From Lama glama (lineage: Eukaryota), in contig CM052816.1 of the NCBI GenBank assembly GCA_028534125.1, positions 90,460,001-90,524,000 on the forward strand: a DNA stretch of 64,000 bases, written 5' to 3'. Within the stretch, counting starts at the first letter, position 1. Every line of letters starts with the position of its first letter. The translations under genes were made by a program, and so were the position numbers. The notes beneath the pieces are model-generated. The model made no database searches. It was not told the DNA's origin and worked only from the letters and a program-made list of their open reading frames with translations. Shown one piece after another: positions 47,568 to 60,812 of this stretch.

Positions 47568-49199
47568 TATTTAGGTCCCCACTCACTTTTTTTTTTTAAT
47601 TTTATTTATCTTAGCTGTCAGAAGTGCTCTCTTTCCCTCCCTCATCACCTCCCAGTTTAAGGTTTGGCGCTATTCTGAGAATGAAAAATTGCCCCCAAAC
47701 CACCCTCCTGATCATCCAGACTCTGCGGTAATTTCCAGATAGGAGACAAGGAGTTGACAGATGGAGAAATCAGAGCTGGTGGCCTTTCTCTTAAGAACAC
47801 ACTAATGACAAAAAGAGATGGAATAGTCACATTTGGACATGAATTAGAATTTTTGCTCTAAAAATGAAAAGCCAATTATAAAATATAAGAAGTGAATTCA
47901 GCAGAATATATGCTACCCAAACCTGGAAGTTGCATCTAGTCTCCTAAACTGGTGACCCTCGGTGAGACAGCAATGCTCATTGGGCTCCATCCTCCAATGG
48001 TCCCTCCCCAGCTATGTCCACCCTCCATCCTTAGGGAGCGCCGTCTTGGTACTGTATTTCCTCCTTTTAAAGGAAGCACATCAGAGGACTGTGGGAGCCT
48101 GTTTCCCCCAAGCTACCAAAACTGCACTTGACAACAGCTTGTTGAAAATAGACAAAAATGCCAAGTTTTCATTTGCCTACTCAAACGTCCAAGCTACCTT
48201 CCTAGGGAAATGTCAGTTTCGATTACATTTGAATTATACACTTCAGAGCAGAGGAGGAGGAGGTGCATCTGAGAGGTTTTCATTCATTTCCACATTTCAG
48301 TTCCTGTAAATGCTAAACAGACATAACGACACTTCATCAGGCACACCTGAGAAATAAGTTAACTCTTCTAGCTAAACTATCCTGGAGCAGTGTTAGTATA
48401 TGATAATATCTTTTAAGGAGTTAATTTTCAAATTCCTTTAATGAATATAATCACCCACCAACATTTTTCTCCACCTCCCAGCCGATGACTTTAATTAATT
48501 CTTTCATGGAAAGTGAACACACTCTGGTCCCTGGATGAGTTGGGAAACAGGTTTCCTAGCCTGCAAGGTACCAGGTAAACAGCTGTATGGAGCTATGCCC
48601 ACCCTCCCCTGCCCGAGCCACAGGTGGTCTGAGGAACCCGGTTAATGCAGTGCTGGCTGACTGGGGGGTTCTCAGAGAAGCATGCTGGACTCGATTCCCA
48701 CAGAAAATGCACAAACTTTTTCAACTCAAATTTTAGATCGAACAACCACATTTCATTCCACCCTGGAAGGTAACGCTGCTTTATCAGGAAGACATGCAGC
48801 TCACCTCACCTAGGGCCAAATCAGGCAAAGCTGAACAGCTCGACTAACAGGTTCAAACACCAGGAAGGGGGCAGGAGTTTGACTACCAAAACCAGCACTT
48901 TTTTGTTTGTCGTCACAACAGTGCCAGTAGACAGCAAGCTGTCAGACCTTGACAAAGGTTTTGGAAGGCAAAGACCTTATACACGGTCAGAAATATTACA
49001 AATTTCAATACAATACAATACAATTCCACATCATAGAATAATCTTAAATGAACATTTAGTGAACCGTCTCACTGTGAAAGGCTGATGGTAAGTGAGAAGC
49101 TGCAGATTCCTTCTGGAGTCTATGACCAAGAAGGATTTACAATCAACCAAGTTTGGAGCCACAAAAGCTGGTTGGCTCAGTTCAGCTTCAACGATCTAC

Positions 49200-49649
49200 T
49201 GTATTAGTTTGCTAAAGGTGCTGTAACAAAGCACAGCAAGCTGACTGGCTAGAACAATGGAAATTTTATTGTCTCACAGTTCTGGAGGCTGTAAATCCAA
49301 GATCAAGGTGTTGGCAAGGTTGAATCCTCCTGCACTCTGTGAGAAAGAATGTATCTGTTCCATACCTTTCACCTAACTTCTGGTGCTTTCTGGAAATCTT
49401 TGGTGTTGTTGGTTCACAAACACATTGCCCTGATTTCTGCCTTAATTGTTACATGACATTCTCCCTATATGACAACATTGTCCCTTTTTATAGGGACATC
49501 AGTCAAATAGATTAGGGCCCACCCTAATGACCTCATCTTACCATCTACATCTGCACAGAGTCTATTTCTCAATAAGGTCACGTTTGGAAGTACTGAGGGT
49601 TAGAGTTTCAACATATGAATTTTGAAGGGGCACAATTCAGCCCCTAACA
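49200..49649 (-). mobile_element. MaLR solo LTR, MLT1C-like
   Basis: TGTATTAGTTTGCTA...TCTCACAGTTCTGGAGGCT...GATTAGGGCCCACCCTAATGACCTCATCTTA...CACAATTCAGCCCCTAACA; TSD TCTAC/TCTGC. Confidence 0.9.
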
Positions 49650-50164
49650 TCTGCTCAAGAGATGGATGCTAAGGTCCCAGGGGGAGGCAGTAATGCAAAT
49701 CATGATAGAAACCTACTTGTCAGCTGGCCACTGAGTGTGTGTGGAGACATAGTTGAAACAGACACACAAATGAGTAACTGTGTGGAGCTTTTCATACCCT
49801 AACTTTGGTTTAAAATCCATGTGTTTATTACATTCCACACTTAGAAATGAGCTTCACTTCACCTGAATACATTCAAAAGAATGTGCAAATTTCCCTCCAC
49901 TTACTTCCACCATAATCCTGCACAGGTCAATATGGTTGGGCGTTTTAGACCAACGGTTCAAGAGTGTCAACACGGCATCAAACACACACTCTGCTCAGCA
50001 CAGAGACAGTAAGAAAAAGCTTGCACTAAGGCCTTTATATATGGTATTTTCTTTCTTCACACACACAAAATATAGGTTTACTGAGGGTAAAATACTTAAA
50101 GCATTATCAAAAGATGGTTTTGAACTCCAAATAATACATGTAAATACATGTAAGAGTGTAAAGA

Positions 50165-50817
50165 GCAATCCCTTCGCTCTGCTGGGTGTGAGCTGAATTT
50201 AGTGAGTCCCTTCCAAAGAAAAAGGGAAATGGCAACTCTTCAGTCTAGAAACCCAATGAGCATGATCTTAGCCAAGTGATCGAATTAACGCCACCGACGC
50301 GAAGTCACATGGGCCCCCGTCACGTCACCTCCGATTCTTGGTGATGAGAAGGGCATTTCCTCCGTGGTTTTCTGCCCCTAAACCCATAACCTAGTCGAAT
50401 CATGAGGAAAACATCAGACAAACTTCAAATTGAGAAACATTCTATAAAACATCTGACCAATACTTTCAAAACTATCAAGAGAATGAAAAACAAGGAAAGA
50501 CTGAGAAACTATCACAGAACAGAGGAAGCCAAGGAGACATGAGACTAAATGCAACGGGGTGTCCTGGGTGAGATCCTGGAAACAGCAAAAGGACACTGGG
50601 GAAAGACCGATGAAATCTAAATATAGTCTGCAGTTCAGTTAATAGGAACGTAGCAATGTCGGTTACTTAGCTTTGACAAATACACCACAGTCATGTAAGA
50701 TAATGATATGAGGGGAAACGCAGAGCCAGAGGAAGGATATGTGGGACTCTCTATGCTCTCTTTGTGACTTTTCTGCAAACCTAAAATGATTCCAAAATAA
50801 ATAGTTTATTATGAAAA
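50165..50817 (+). mobile_element. L1MC3-like 3' end
   Basis: AATCATGAGGAAAACATCAGACAAAC...AACAAGGAAAGACTGAGAAACT...CTAAATGCAA...TTCCAAAATAAATAGTTTA. Confidence 0.85.
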
Positions 50818-52192
50818 TATATGTGTATACCTACAGGCCATTATGGAGCAGAACATCAAAGTCTCAATTCCTATAATATTCGTGAAGCTTAAATATAAAA
50901 CCACATTTAAAATCCTGTATCTAATAGAGAGTCTGAGGTATAATACTTCAAATTTGAACAAAAAAGTAACAACGTGCTGCTACTTGTTGACTCTGTTAAG
51001 ACTTAAAAGTTTTTCTGTGTTCCAGAATGTTAAAGGGTCATAGACCATGTCATGTAGGATTATTCCTGACACAAAACATACTGAAACTCCCGGCTCATAA
51101 AACTAAGGCTCTTATGCTTGAGATAATTCAAAATATATCTTCTATCACATGGCACCATTACTCATCCTGAACCAAACAAAAAAAAAAATCCCAGTGGGTT
51201 TTTAAGTGCAGCTTTCTGTCCCCGATCCTGAGAGAAGTTCAGTTGAATGGCTTATCATTAAAGCTAGCTCTGGGAACCACAGTAGAGTTTACACATTTTT
51301 TTCTTGAATCTCTGGTCCTCAGTTTTCTCATAGTTGTTCAAAATTCAAAGCTCTAGTTGTTTAGATTCTGTAGAACACTTTGTTACACATATATGAAGAA
51401 TACTAAATAAAAAGGATTTATTTCAGGGAATTTTAAAAAGAAATAAAGCAGACATCCTCTGTAAAGGTGATGAGGCATAAACTAACAGAGCATCACACTC
51501 AGACCAGAGGGAGAAATAATTTTTATGTTGAAGAAGTAAACAGAAGAAAAAATATTTCTGTGGAGAATCTACTCCATTGCCTGCACCACTGCAACTTTAA
51601 TTTCCACGGGTATTTCAGCCTTTCCTAATCCCACAGTCCAGCTGCCTGTTTGGGACCTTGAAGTTGGTTCCTTTAGCCCAGTCATCATCTACACCTATAA
51701 CAAAGTAGAAAGGCTGCCTTCTTCTCCAGTCTCACCAACATTAGATCATAAAAATACCTGAATAAGGCACTTCTGACCCAGACCACAAATAATGCAAATT
51801 ATGATTCCAGATGTCCCACCTCCTTCCCAATTAGTGCCGCTCACACACTTCAAACTCCCTGGGTATCACCCATGTTTCTCCCAAATATCATTTGGTAAGC
51901 AAATATCTGAAAGCAAAGTCCTTCTCCATAGCCCCTCACTCACCCTGTAGAATTTCTCTAAGGATACATCTACACCCCTAAATATCATCCATGTTACCAA
52001 GACCTGAAAAATTCCCAGGATCCAGTTACTGCTGTCTTCTATCTCTCCCTTCCAACCATCCAACAAGCAATTGCTTACTGAGAAGCTATATATTTGAGTT
52101 TCTGCCAACATACAAATGCTACCAAATCAAGAAGAAATTGTCTACTTCCTATTTTCATAGAATTGGGTTTCTTTTCAAAGTTCCCTAGGAAC

Positions 52193-52692
52193 TGATGAAT
52201 AGGACAAAACACACCCCCACCACCCAAAGTTGTTCTTAATCTGATCTTCAGACCCTATGAGTGTTTTGTGTTCCATGGAAAGAGGGAATTATTGTCGCAG
52301 ATGAGATTAAGGTTGCTAATCAGTTGACCTTAAGAAAAATATCTTGAATTGTACAGGTGGCCCCAGTATAATCACTTAAATGGGAAAGAGGAAGGTAGGA
52401 GGGTCAAAACCAGAGGGATGGCAGTATGAGACAGACTCAGCTGACTATTGCTGGCTTTGAAGATGAAGGAAGTTCCATGAGCCAAGGAACACAGGCAGCC
52501 TCTAGAAGGTAGAAAAGGCAAGAAAACATATTCTCCCCTAGAACCTCCAAAAAAGAATGAGTCATGCCAACACCTTGACTTTAGCCCAATGAGAACGATG
52601 TCAGACTTCTGACCTTCAGAGGTAATAAACTGTGTTGTTTAAGCCACTAAGTTTGTGGTAATTTGCTATAGAAGTAATAGGGAACTAATAGG
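52193..52692 (+). mobile_element. MaLR solo LTR, MLT1D-like
   Basis: GATTAAGGTTGCTAATCAGTTGACCTTAAG...TTGCTGGCTTTGAAGATG...TTTAAGCCACTAAGTTTGTGGTAATTTG. Confidence 0.88.
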
Positions 52693-52989
52693 CATAATTA
52701 TAATTATTTTAAAGTTCTACTCTGTTCATTGAATTATCTTTTTCTTCCAGAATTAATCATTGTATTTTCATCTTGCTGCTTTTCTACCATGTTGGCAATC
52801 CTGCTTAAATGTTTCAGATTCTTTGTTAAATGTTCATATTTAGAAATACAGCCTGGCAATATAAGACTTAGTGTAGTTCTGTTTCCTCTTGCCTGATTGG
52901 CAGTACTGAATCCTAGCTCTGTGCACATAGCCAAGAAGTAGCAATGGAAAAACTCTCTTTGGAGTGCAAATGTTCACACTCACCACCTT

Positions 52990-54052
52990 TGTGGTAGAAT
53001 ATCTGAAAAACTGGTCACCAATGATCTCTACCATTCATATCTATGCATGCTGTATGAGTGAGGGTTCTCCAGAGAAGTAGAACCAATCAGATATTTTGGA
53101 GAGAGAGAGAGAGAGACAAAGGGATTTATTATATGAAATTGGCTCACATGATTTTGGAGGTTGAGAAATCCCAAGACCTGTGGTCAGCAAGCTGGAGACC
53201 CAGGAGAGCTGATGTGCAGTTTCAGTCTAAATTCAACAGTCTGGGAACCAAGTGAACCAAAAGTGTAAGTCCCAGTCCAAAAGCAGGTAAGCTCGTGAGT
53301 CAAGAAGAGCCAATGTTTCAGTCTGAGTTCAAAGGCCAGAAAAGACAATGTCCCAGCTCAGCAATCAAGCAGGAGAGGTTCCTTCTTAATGCATCTTTTT
53401 TGTTCTACTCAGGCCTTCAACTGATTGGATGAGGCCCACCTACATTAAGGAAGGCCATTTGCTTTACTCAGTGGACCAATTCGAATGCTAATCTCACCCA
53501 GAAACACCTCCACAGGCACACCCAAAGTGATGTTGATCCAAATGTCTGGCACACCATGGCCCAGTCAAATTGACATGTAAAACTAACTATTATCTATGCC
53601 ATTTCTCTCATCAAATGGTAGAGTTTTTCTCATCTTCTTGAACATGGCCTAGCCTTGTGACTTGTGATGACACATGGAATAGGGTTGAAGTGATGCTGTG
53701 TGACCTTGCGCATTCAACTCTAGTGCTAGAACTCAACTGCTATGTAAGGAAGTTTGGGTTAGGCTATAGAATGATGAGAGATAATGTGGAGAAAGAGAGG
53801 CCCACTGAGCCCACAGACATTGCAGATACTCCAGTTGAAGCACCAGACACATGAGTGAAGCCATCTTGGTTGTTTCAGCACCTTGAGCTCCCAACAGAAT
53901 GTAATTAAGTCAGTCAACACCAGGTCAAGGAGAAGAACCATGCAGTGGAGCCCAGCCGACTCACATAATTTTGAGGGGGGAACAAATGAATTGTTATCTT
54001 TAAGCCACTAAGCTTTAAGTTCTTTGTTATTCAGTAATAGACAATTGAAGCA
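52990..54052 (+). mobile_element. MaLR LTR (MLT1G/H-like) interrupted by an MLT2 LTR
   Basis: Pieces 52990-53050 and ~53600-54052 (CCAGACACATGAGTGAAGCCATCTTGG...TTTAAGCCACTAAG). Confidence 0.75.
53051..53594 (-). mobile_element. ERVL solo LTR, MLT2C/D-like
   Basis: TGTATGAGTGAGGGTTCTCCAGAGAA...GAAATTGGCTCACATGATT...CAGGCCTTCAACTGATTGGATGAGGCCCACC...GGCCCAGTCAAATTGACA; TSD CATGC/TATGC. Confidence 0.9.
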
Positions 54053-54221
54053 TCTTTCATGTCTAAATGGGAAAGGCTTTAGTCTTGGGTGTCAACTCCC
54101 CTCTAAGATTGCTAACTAAACATATGCCACCAGTTTAGTGGACAATTCTCTGGGTTTTTCTCCCTGGGCAGCACATGTTGCTGCAGTCACTCTACATGAT
54201 TAAGAATAGAAATGCCCAGTC

Positions 54222-54356
54222 GGGGAGGGTATAGCTCAGTGGTTGAGAACATGCTTAGCATGCCCCAGGTCCTGGGTACAATCCCCAGTACCTTCATTAA
54301 TAAGGAAATAAACAAACAAATAAATAAACCTAATTACCTTCCCCCCCACAAAAAAA
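54222..54356 (+). mobile_element. tRNA-Ala-derived SINE, camelid Vic-1 type
   Basis: GGGGAGGGTATAGCTCAGTGG...ATGCTTAGCATG...AGGTCCTGGGTACAATCCCCAGTACC...TAAACCTAATTACC; degenerate TSD AAGA(A/G)T(A/G)GAAA(T/A)GCCC. Confidence 0.9.
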
Positions 54357-56857
54357 AAGAGTGGAAAAGCCCTGAACAAGGGTAGTAGAAAGCACATGGT
54401 GTCGCCTCCTTCAGTCAGTCATCTCTCCAGTAGCTGACCTTCCCCATTTTCTCTACGTATTTATAGACCCTGAGCATGAAGCCCCTCTGGGGCTCTATCA
54501 GTAAGAACAATTTCTCCCTCCCCCATGGCGTTCTGTGTACATGTTCTGGACTGTAACCTCCTCTGCTCTCTCATCCATCAAAATGATCTTTGTGTCTCCC
54601 ATAAAAGGATCAAAATCACTAACTATCCTAGGGCTCTTCATCTCATTTTCAGAGTTCTTACGGATTTCTTCCTGTTGTACTTAATGTCATTCCAGTGGAA
54701 TTGGAGTAAATGAGGACTTATCTACATGTATTCAGTCCACCTGCTTGATCTAAAAATGAAAATATTAGATAATTATAATAATAATAATAATAGCTCCAAT
54801 AGTCAACACTGGTTAAAGAGTGGTAAAAATCAGTATGTTATTGCCAGGATTGCCAACTGATAAGGTAATTTGGTCACATATGAGCATAAATAACAGGAAC
54901 ACCTGGCCCACCTAAGCTCTGCATTCTCCAGAAATGGACCTAATTAAAGGACTTGAGACCTCTTCTCTGTTGTGGGATCTTGCCCAATTTGCCAGGTGGA
55001 CTGGTCCATAGTAACTCCCTGACCAAACCAGGCTGGGATTAAGGTACCTCTAAGACCTTTCCTCTTGGAATTAAATCCAATCGCTTGTTATTAGTAGAAA
55101 CACAGAAGTTTGGAGAGGTGTGTTCACTCCAGGGAGAAAAAAAGCTGACCAACAAATAATGAAATGAGGCCGACCACTGAGCCTTGGAGAGACATGGATT
55201 CAGAAAAAGCCCTGGGACATTTAAGTCCCTGGTTTCAGCCATCCAGATGTGCAGTCCCTTCCTACTGTTACATGCATGATCATTTGAATCTAAAAAATCC
55301 TCCCTTTATTTCTAAGCTAGTCAATGACACTTGAAAACAAATAGCTCCTGAATAATATTTGTATCAAAAGTCATTTAAAGAGAGATTTACAAATTTTCAC
55401 CCACTAATTTCTTCCGTAGACTTTTCTCCTAATAGAACAGTCAAAACCCTGGAAGAATCTATGTGCATAAAATAATATGCATGACAGTATTTGTCTCATT
55501 TGTAATAATAAAATATAAAATAGAATCCAGATAGCCAGTTATATGGGGATTGTTAAATAAATTATATATTTCATAACCAATATCTTTAAGAGTGCCGTGA
55601 GTCCACTGAATATGGTGCATATTTACTTTGCTTCCAGATTTTTTGCTATTATAAACATAACTAACATTTATAACATTAAGTTTTAAAAAGTCAGGATAAA
55701 TTACATGTATAACATGATTACAACTGTTCTAAAAAATATGTGCTGGAAAAAAGTCTAGAAGGAAATAAACCAAAATTACAGTGTGAATAATACATGCTAA
55801 AGCTTCTGGCACCATTTTACATTTTTACAGCAAGCAATCATTGGAAAATGTTAGAAAATTAATAGTTATCCATTGCATAATTGAAGAATACAGTCCTTTC
55901 TTTCTTTCAAACCTCATAAGAGCAGGAAGTTGAGAGGATATTTTAGTCATACAGTGGTATAAATATTATATTCTAATTTATTAAATTCTTAATCACCATA
56001 TAAAGATGCAAATCATAGGCAGTCCACTGCTCTTTGGTGTTCAGTTAACCTATTTGTGCTTTGCAGAAGCAAAATGCAAATTGTGATCACTACTGGACAA
56101 GGTTCACATTGTCCACGCTATTATTGTTTTCTTAATCACACAGTTAACCACCCAGGGTGACCAGTTTTTCAATGTCACATAATCATTCCATTGGCGTAAT
56201 TACATGTTCTCCAGTTCCATTTTTAATCAGCTTTTCAAGGGAAGCAGAAATTCAACAACTGGAGCCAGTTTTCTTTTGCCATGTGAGTCCACAACTGAAT
56301 AAAATCTTCTCTCTGTCCAAAAATTTTTAGCAACTTCCAAATGATTTTTTTAAAAGTCAAGAATTATTTAATAGTAGTGCAACATGCTCATCATTGTATT
56401 AAAAAAGAAGAAAGGGAAAAAAAGGGAGAATCTCCACCCAGCAATTAATATTTATGATACCTGTGAGTCATTTCCCCAGAAGAGACTAACAAAGGAAAAT
56501 GCTAGCCAACTTTTCAGGAGACTCAAATTACTGCTCTAGAATTATTAAAGTAGTTATTACAAGTTAATTGAATATCAGTTGATTATACAAAGGAACATTT
56601 ACTGAGTCTTTTCAGAGTACAGAGATTAAATTCAACAAGCAGCTAGCTATTCAAATAGCAATTTTTCTTTTAACTTCCACCTCAATGTCTAACTGTCCTA
56701 CCTAAGACCTGCTCACTCAAGTCAGTTAATACACACCTATTTAGTGCTTATTTACACCAGGTACACGGCGGAGAGCCAGAGGACGCTGACTTCCCATCAT
56801 TCTCTGATGTCCCCATTTGCATTCAGGATCTCACATAAACTAATACTCACACACTGA

Positions 56858-57559
56858 TTTTTTTTTAATTTTTAATTTTACTTTTTATGAAGTGTAGTTG
56901 ATTTACAATGTTGGTTTTAGATGTACAGCAAATTGCTTCAATTATACACATATGTACATATATTTTTCAGACTTTTTCCATTATAGCTTATTTTAAGATA
57001 ATGAATATAGTTCCCTGCGCTGCACAATAGGTCCTTGTCATTTATCTGTTTTATATATAGTAGTGTGTATCTGTTATTCCCAAACTCCTAGTTTATCCCT
57101 CCCTCCCCTTTCCCCTTTAATAACCATAATTTTATCTATGTTTGTGAGCCTATTTCTGGTTTGTAAATAAAATTAGTATCTTTCTTTTTTAGAATCCACA
57201 TATAAGTGATATTATACATTTGTCTTTTGCTATCTGATTTACTTCACTTAGTATCATAATCTCTTGGTCCATCCATGTTGCTGCAAATGGCATTATTTAA
57301 TTCTTTTTATGGCTGAGTAGTATTCCATTGTATAAGTGTACCACAGCTTCTTTATCCAGTCATCGTCGTGGACATTTAGGTTGTTTCCATTTCCTGGCTG
57401 CTGTAAATAGTGCTGCTATGAACATTGGGCTGCATGTGTCTTTTCAAATTAGAGTTTTCTCCAGATCCTGCATCATATGGTAAGTTTATTTTTAATATTT
57501 TAAGGAACCTCTATACTGTCCTCCATAGTAGTTGCACCAATTTACATTTCCACCAACAG
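56858..57559 (-). mobile_element. 5'-truncated LINE-1 (3'UTR + ORF2 end)
   Basis: T-rich start then TGAAGTGTAGTTGATTTACAATG...GGTCCATCCATGTTGCTGCAAATGGC...CACCAACAG. Confidence 0.93.
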
Positions 57560-58217
57560 CTCACATGGTGCTTTTTGATGGAGCTTTGGCACCTGCTATG
57601 GGCCTATGCCCCCAGAGAGATCAGAATCATGTCTGTAGACTTAGCACTTGAGAACTACCTCTCAGTCCTTTGAGAAGCTTTTTCATTATTAAGGGGCTAA
57701 AATTTAAAACAACTGCAGCCTTGGGCTGCACAATGCCATATTCACCCAGAGTCAGGCTACCTGTGTATAAGGAAGCAAATGAGAAAGTGAGTAGAGTGTG
57801 GATATTTTTCAAGAGCACCAGGTTTTTCTTCCTGTTCTTCTGCCAACTTAATATTCTGTAAGTTATCAAGAAAATCTTGCATCTTCTAAAATAATCATAA
57901 TCTTTTTCTCTCCCAAGGAAGTGGTTTGTACCTAATCAATTCCTCATCTATGTCAACTAGGTTGGGGTTTTGAATTGAAGTAAGATTGAAAGACTCAGAT
58001 TGAGAGCAAATTAAGAAGCTTATATATAACTAACAGCTAATGTAGTTATAGAAAAATGCATGCTAATATATCTAACTTTGTATTTATCAAATATGATAAG
58101 AAGGTTTTAACTCAGAGGACAAACATGTTTCTATGTTCTGTAAGCTATGTTGTCTGATACTCTGCCTATGAAGACAATAGGAACATGGTGACATCACCAC
58201 CACCACAAGTATAACAC

Positions 58218-58275
58218 CAGTGGAGCCCAGATGTGGAGAGAAATGGCAGTGGAGCCCAGATGTGGAGAGAAATGG
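58218..58275. repeat. Perfect 29-bp tandem duplication
   Basis: CAGTGGAGCCCAGATGTGGAGAGAAATGG x2 (58218-58246, 58247-58275). Confidence 0.97.
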
Positions 58276-58304
58276 TCCTGATGACAATATTCCCACTCCT
58301 GCTC

Positions 58305-59422
58305 CATCCAGCAAGCAAGTGAAACAGAGCAAAAGCAAGACAGAAGTCACACATACAGATGGCCAACAGGCACATGAAAAGATGCTCAACATCGCTAATT
58401 ATTAGAGAAATGCGAATCAGAACTACAATGAGGTCACCTCACACCAATCAGAATGGCCATCATCAAAAAGTCTACAAATGATAAATGCTGGAGAGGGTGT
58501 GGAGAAAAGGGAACCCTCCTGCACTGTTTGTGGGAATGTAAATTGGTGCAGCCACTATGGAGGACTGTTCCTTAAAAAACTAAAAATAGACTTACCATAT
58601 GATCCATCAATCCCACTCCTGGGCATATATCCAGAGAAAACTCTAATTTGAAAAAATACATACACCCTAGTGTTCATAACAGCACTATTTAAAATGGCCA
58701 AGACATGGAAACAACACAAATGTCCATTGACAGATGACTGGATAAAGAAGTTGTGGTATATTTATACAATGGACTACTACACAGCCATAAAGAAGAATTA
58801 AATAATGCCATTTTCAGCAACACAGATGGACCTGGAGATTATCATACATAGTGAAGTTAAGTCAGACAAAGAAAGACACATATGTTATCACTCACATGTA
58901 GAAACTTTAAAATGATACAAATGAACTTATTCACAAAACAGAAATAGACACACAGACATAAAAAACAAACTTATGGTTACTTAAGGGGAAAGTATGGGAG
59001 GGATAAATTATAAGTTTGGGATTAAGATACACACTGCTATATAAATATAATAGATACGTAACAAGGACCTACTTGCATAGCACAGGGAACTATATTCAAT
59101 ATCTCATAATAACTTACAATGGAAAAGAATCTGAAAAAGAATATGTATATATATTTGTATAACTGAATCACTTTGCTGTACACTTGAAACTAATACAACA
59201 TTGTAAATCAATTATACTTCAATTAAAAAAAAAGACAGAAGTCACACTATATATAGTCTTTCATAACCTGTCTCGGAAGTGACAACCCAGCACTTTTGCC
59301 ATAGTCTTCTCATTAAAAGCAAATCACTAAATCCGGTGAACACGCTAAGTGAGGAGCTTGCCCAAGAGCATAAATACCAGGAGATGGGCATCACTGGGGG
59401 CCAGTTCAGAAGCTGCCTACAT
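58305..59422 (-). mobile_element. MLT1F-like LTR fragment split by a LINE-1
   Basis: GCAAGACAGAAGTCAC before the L1 continues after it as AGTCTTTCATAACC...GGAAGTGACA...CACTTTTGCCATA...AATACCAGGAG...AGAAGCTGCCTAC. Confidence 0.7.
58353..59231 (+). mobile_element. 5'-truncated LINE-1 with TSD
   Basis: ATACAGATGGCCAACAGGCACATGAAAAGATGCTC...TATACTTCAATTAAAAAAA; perfect 16-bp TSD AAGACAGAAGTCACAC at 58337-58352 and 59232-59247. Confidence 0.96.
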
Positions 59423-60444
59423 AGAACAAAAAAGCAGACTGAGCTCACATGAGCTGATCTGTTTTGTAGGAAGAGAGAATATTTGTTTTCTCCATCATAA
59501 CTGGGGAGGGTGCAGGTGAGGGTGGATTACTCTCATGGGTGATGACAAGTTGCAAGATTAGGCCCAACAGCATTTTAAAAAAATCTCTGTGAAGAATGAG
59601 GAAAAGTCATCTGCCAAAGGAGAAGATGTGATGGCTTAGGGGCAAGAGGAAGGCATGAAAGAACAACCTGAGTGAATGGGAAAGAACATCTAGAGAAACA
59701 CAAAACTATCAAGCAATGCCAATTAAAAGTTTAAAATAACCTGAACTAAAAAAAAAAAAAAAACCAGTCCGCTCAATTGTGTGATTTTCTCCAGCACCTC
59801 TCAGCTGCCAGGGTACTAACTCAGAGAAAGTGGCAAGAGATATAATGCCAGCTCTGGGGTAGAAAAAAATTCTCATCCACGTATGAGTGTTGCCAAGAAA
59901 TAATAGTGTGAATTATATTCATTTATATTTCTCTCCATCTGATTCTTCAAACCCACCCTGCCCCGCAGGTATCTTTCTACCGAGCAGGCCAACAAATTAA
60001 ATAGCCTGGCATGTGAGCTTTTGATACAGCTCCCTCAGACCTGCAGTTCATGCTGATCCCCTGGTTTTGTTCCTCTCTGCACTCTATATAGCTGCTCAAG
60101 GGGCAAAAGTCTCCAGGACTTCAAAGGAGATCTGTAACATGGAAAAGACCCAGGGGCTCTGTCTGTACATTGCAGACAAATGTTGATGATAATGACCTTT
60201 AAAATACTGTTAGATCTTCCACCTTAAAAGTGGCTGTTTAAATCTAGCTAACAACTCTGATGGGAAACATATACCACTTATGTAAAGTGTATTCCTCTAC
60301 ACTTTTAAGATACTCAGAAAGAAACTGGCTGTTTGTTTGTTTGGTTGGTTGATTAGTTGGTTGGTTGGGTGGGTTTAAATTCACAGAAAAGACAAACCAC
60401 ATAAATGAAGCAAGACCAGCACTTTTCCCCACCAAATGCACATT

Positions 60445-60802
60445 TGTATTACTCAGCTTGGGATGCCATAATAAAATACCATAGATGGGTGGCTTCAATC
60501 ACATTTATTTCTCATAGTTCTAGAAGCAGCTGGAAGTCCAAGATCAGGGTGCCAGCCTGGTTGGATTCTGGTGAGAGTCATTTTCCGAATTTTCAGATGG
60601 CTGCTTTCTCACTGTGTCCTCACATGGTAGGGAGAAAGGCTCTCTGGTGGCTCTTATAAAGACACTAATCCTATTGGATCAGGGCCCCATCCTTATGACT
60701 TCATTTAACCTCAATTACTTCCTTTCTCCAAAAACAGTCACACTGGGTGTTAGGACCTCAACGTATGAATTTGAGGGGCACACAGACATTCAGTCCATAA
60801 CG
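60445..60802 (-). mobile_element. MaLR solo LTR, MLT1A-like
   Basis: CTGGAAGTCCAAGATCAGGGTGCCAGC...GATCAGGGCCCCATCCTTATGAC...CATTCAGTCCATAAC; perfect TSD ACATT at 60440-60444 and 60803-60807. Confidence 0.92.
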
Positions 60803-60812
60803 ACATTCCTGT

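Noticed and set aside
38180..50817. Idea that the L1MD piece at 38.2-38.7 kb and the L1MC piece at 50.2-50.8 kb are one element split by 11.5 kb
   Set aside because: They overlap by roughly 45 nt of consensus, look like different subfamilies, and older MIR and L2 copies lie between them.
54222..54295. Apparent tRNA-Ala genes (also at 19638 and 24245-24318)
   Set aside because: Mutated B boxes and stems, SINE tails and TSDs show they are SINE heads.
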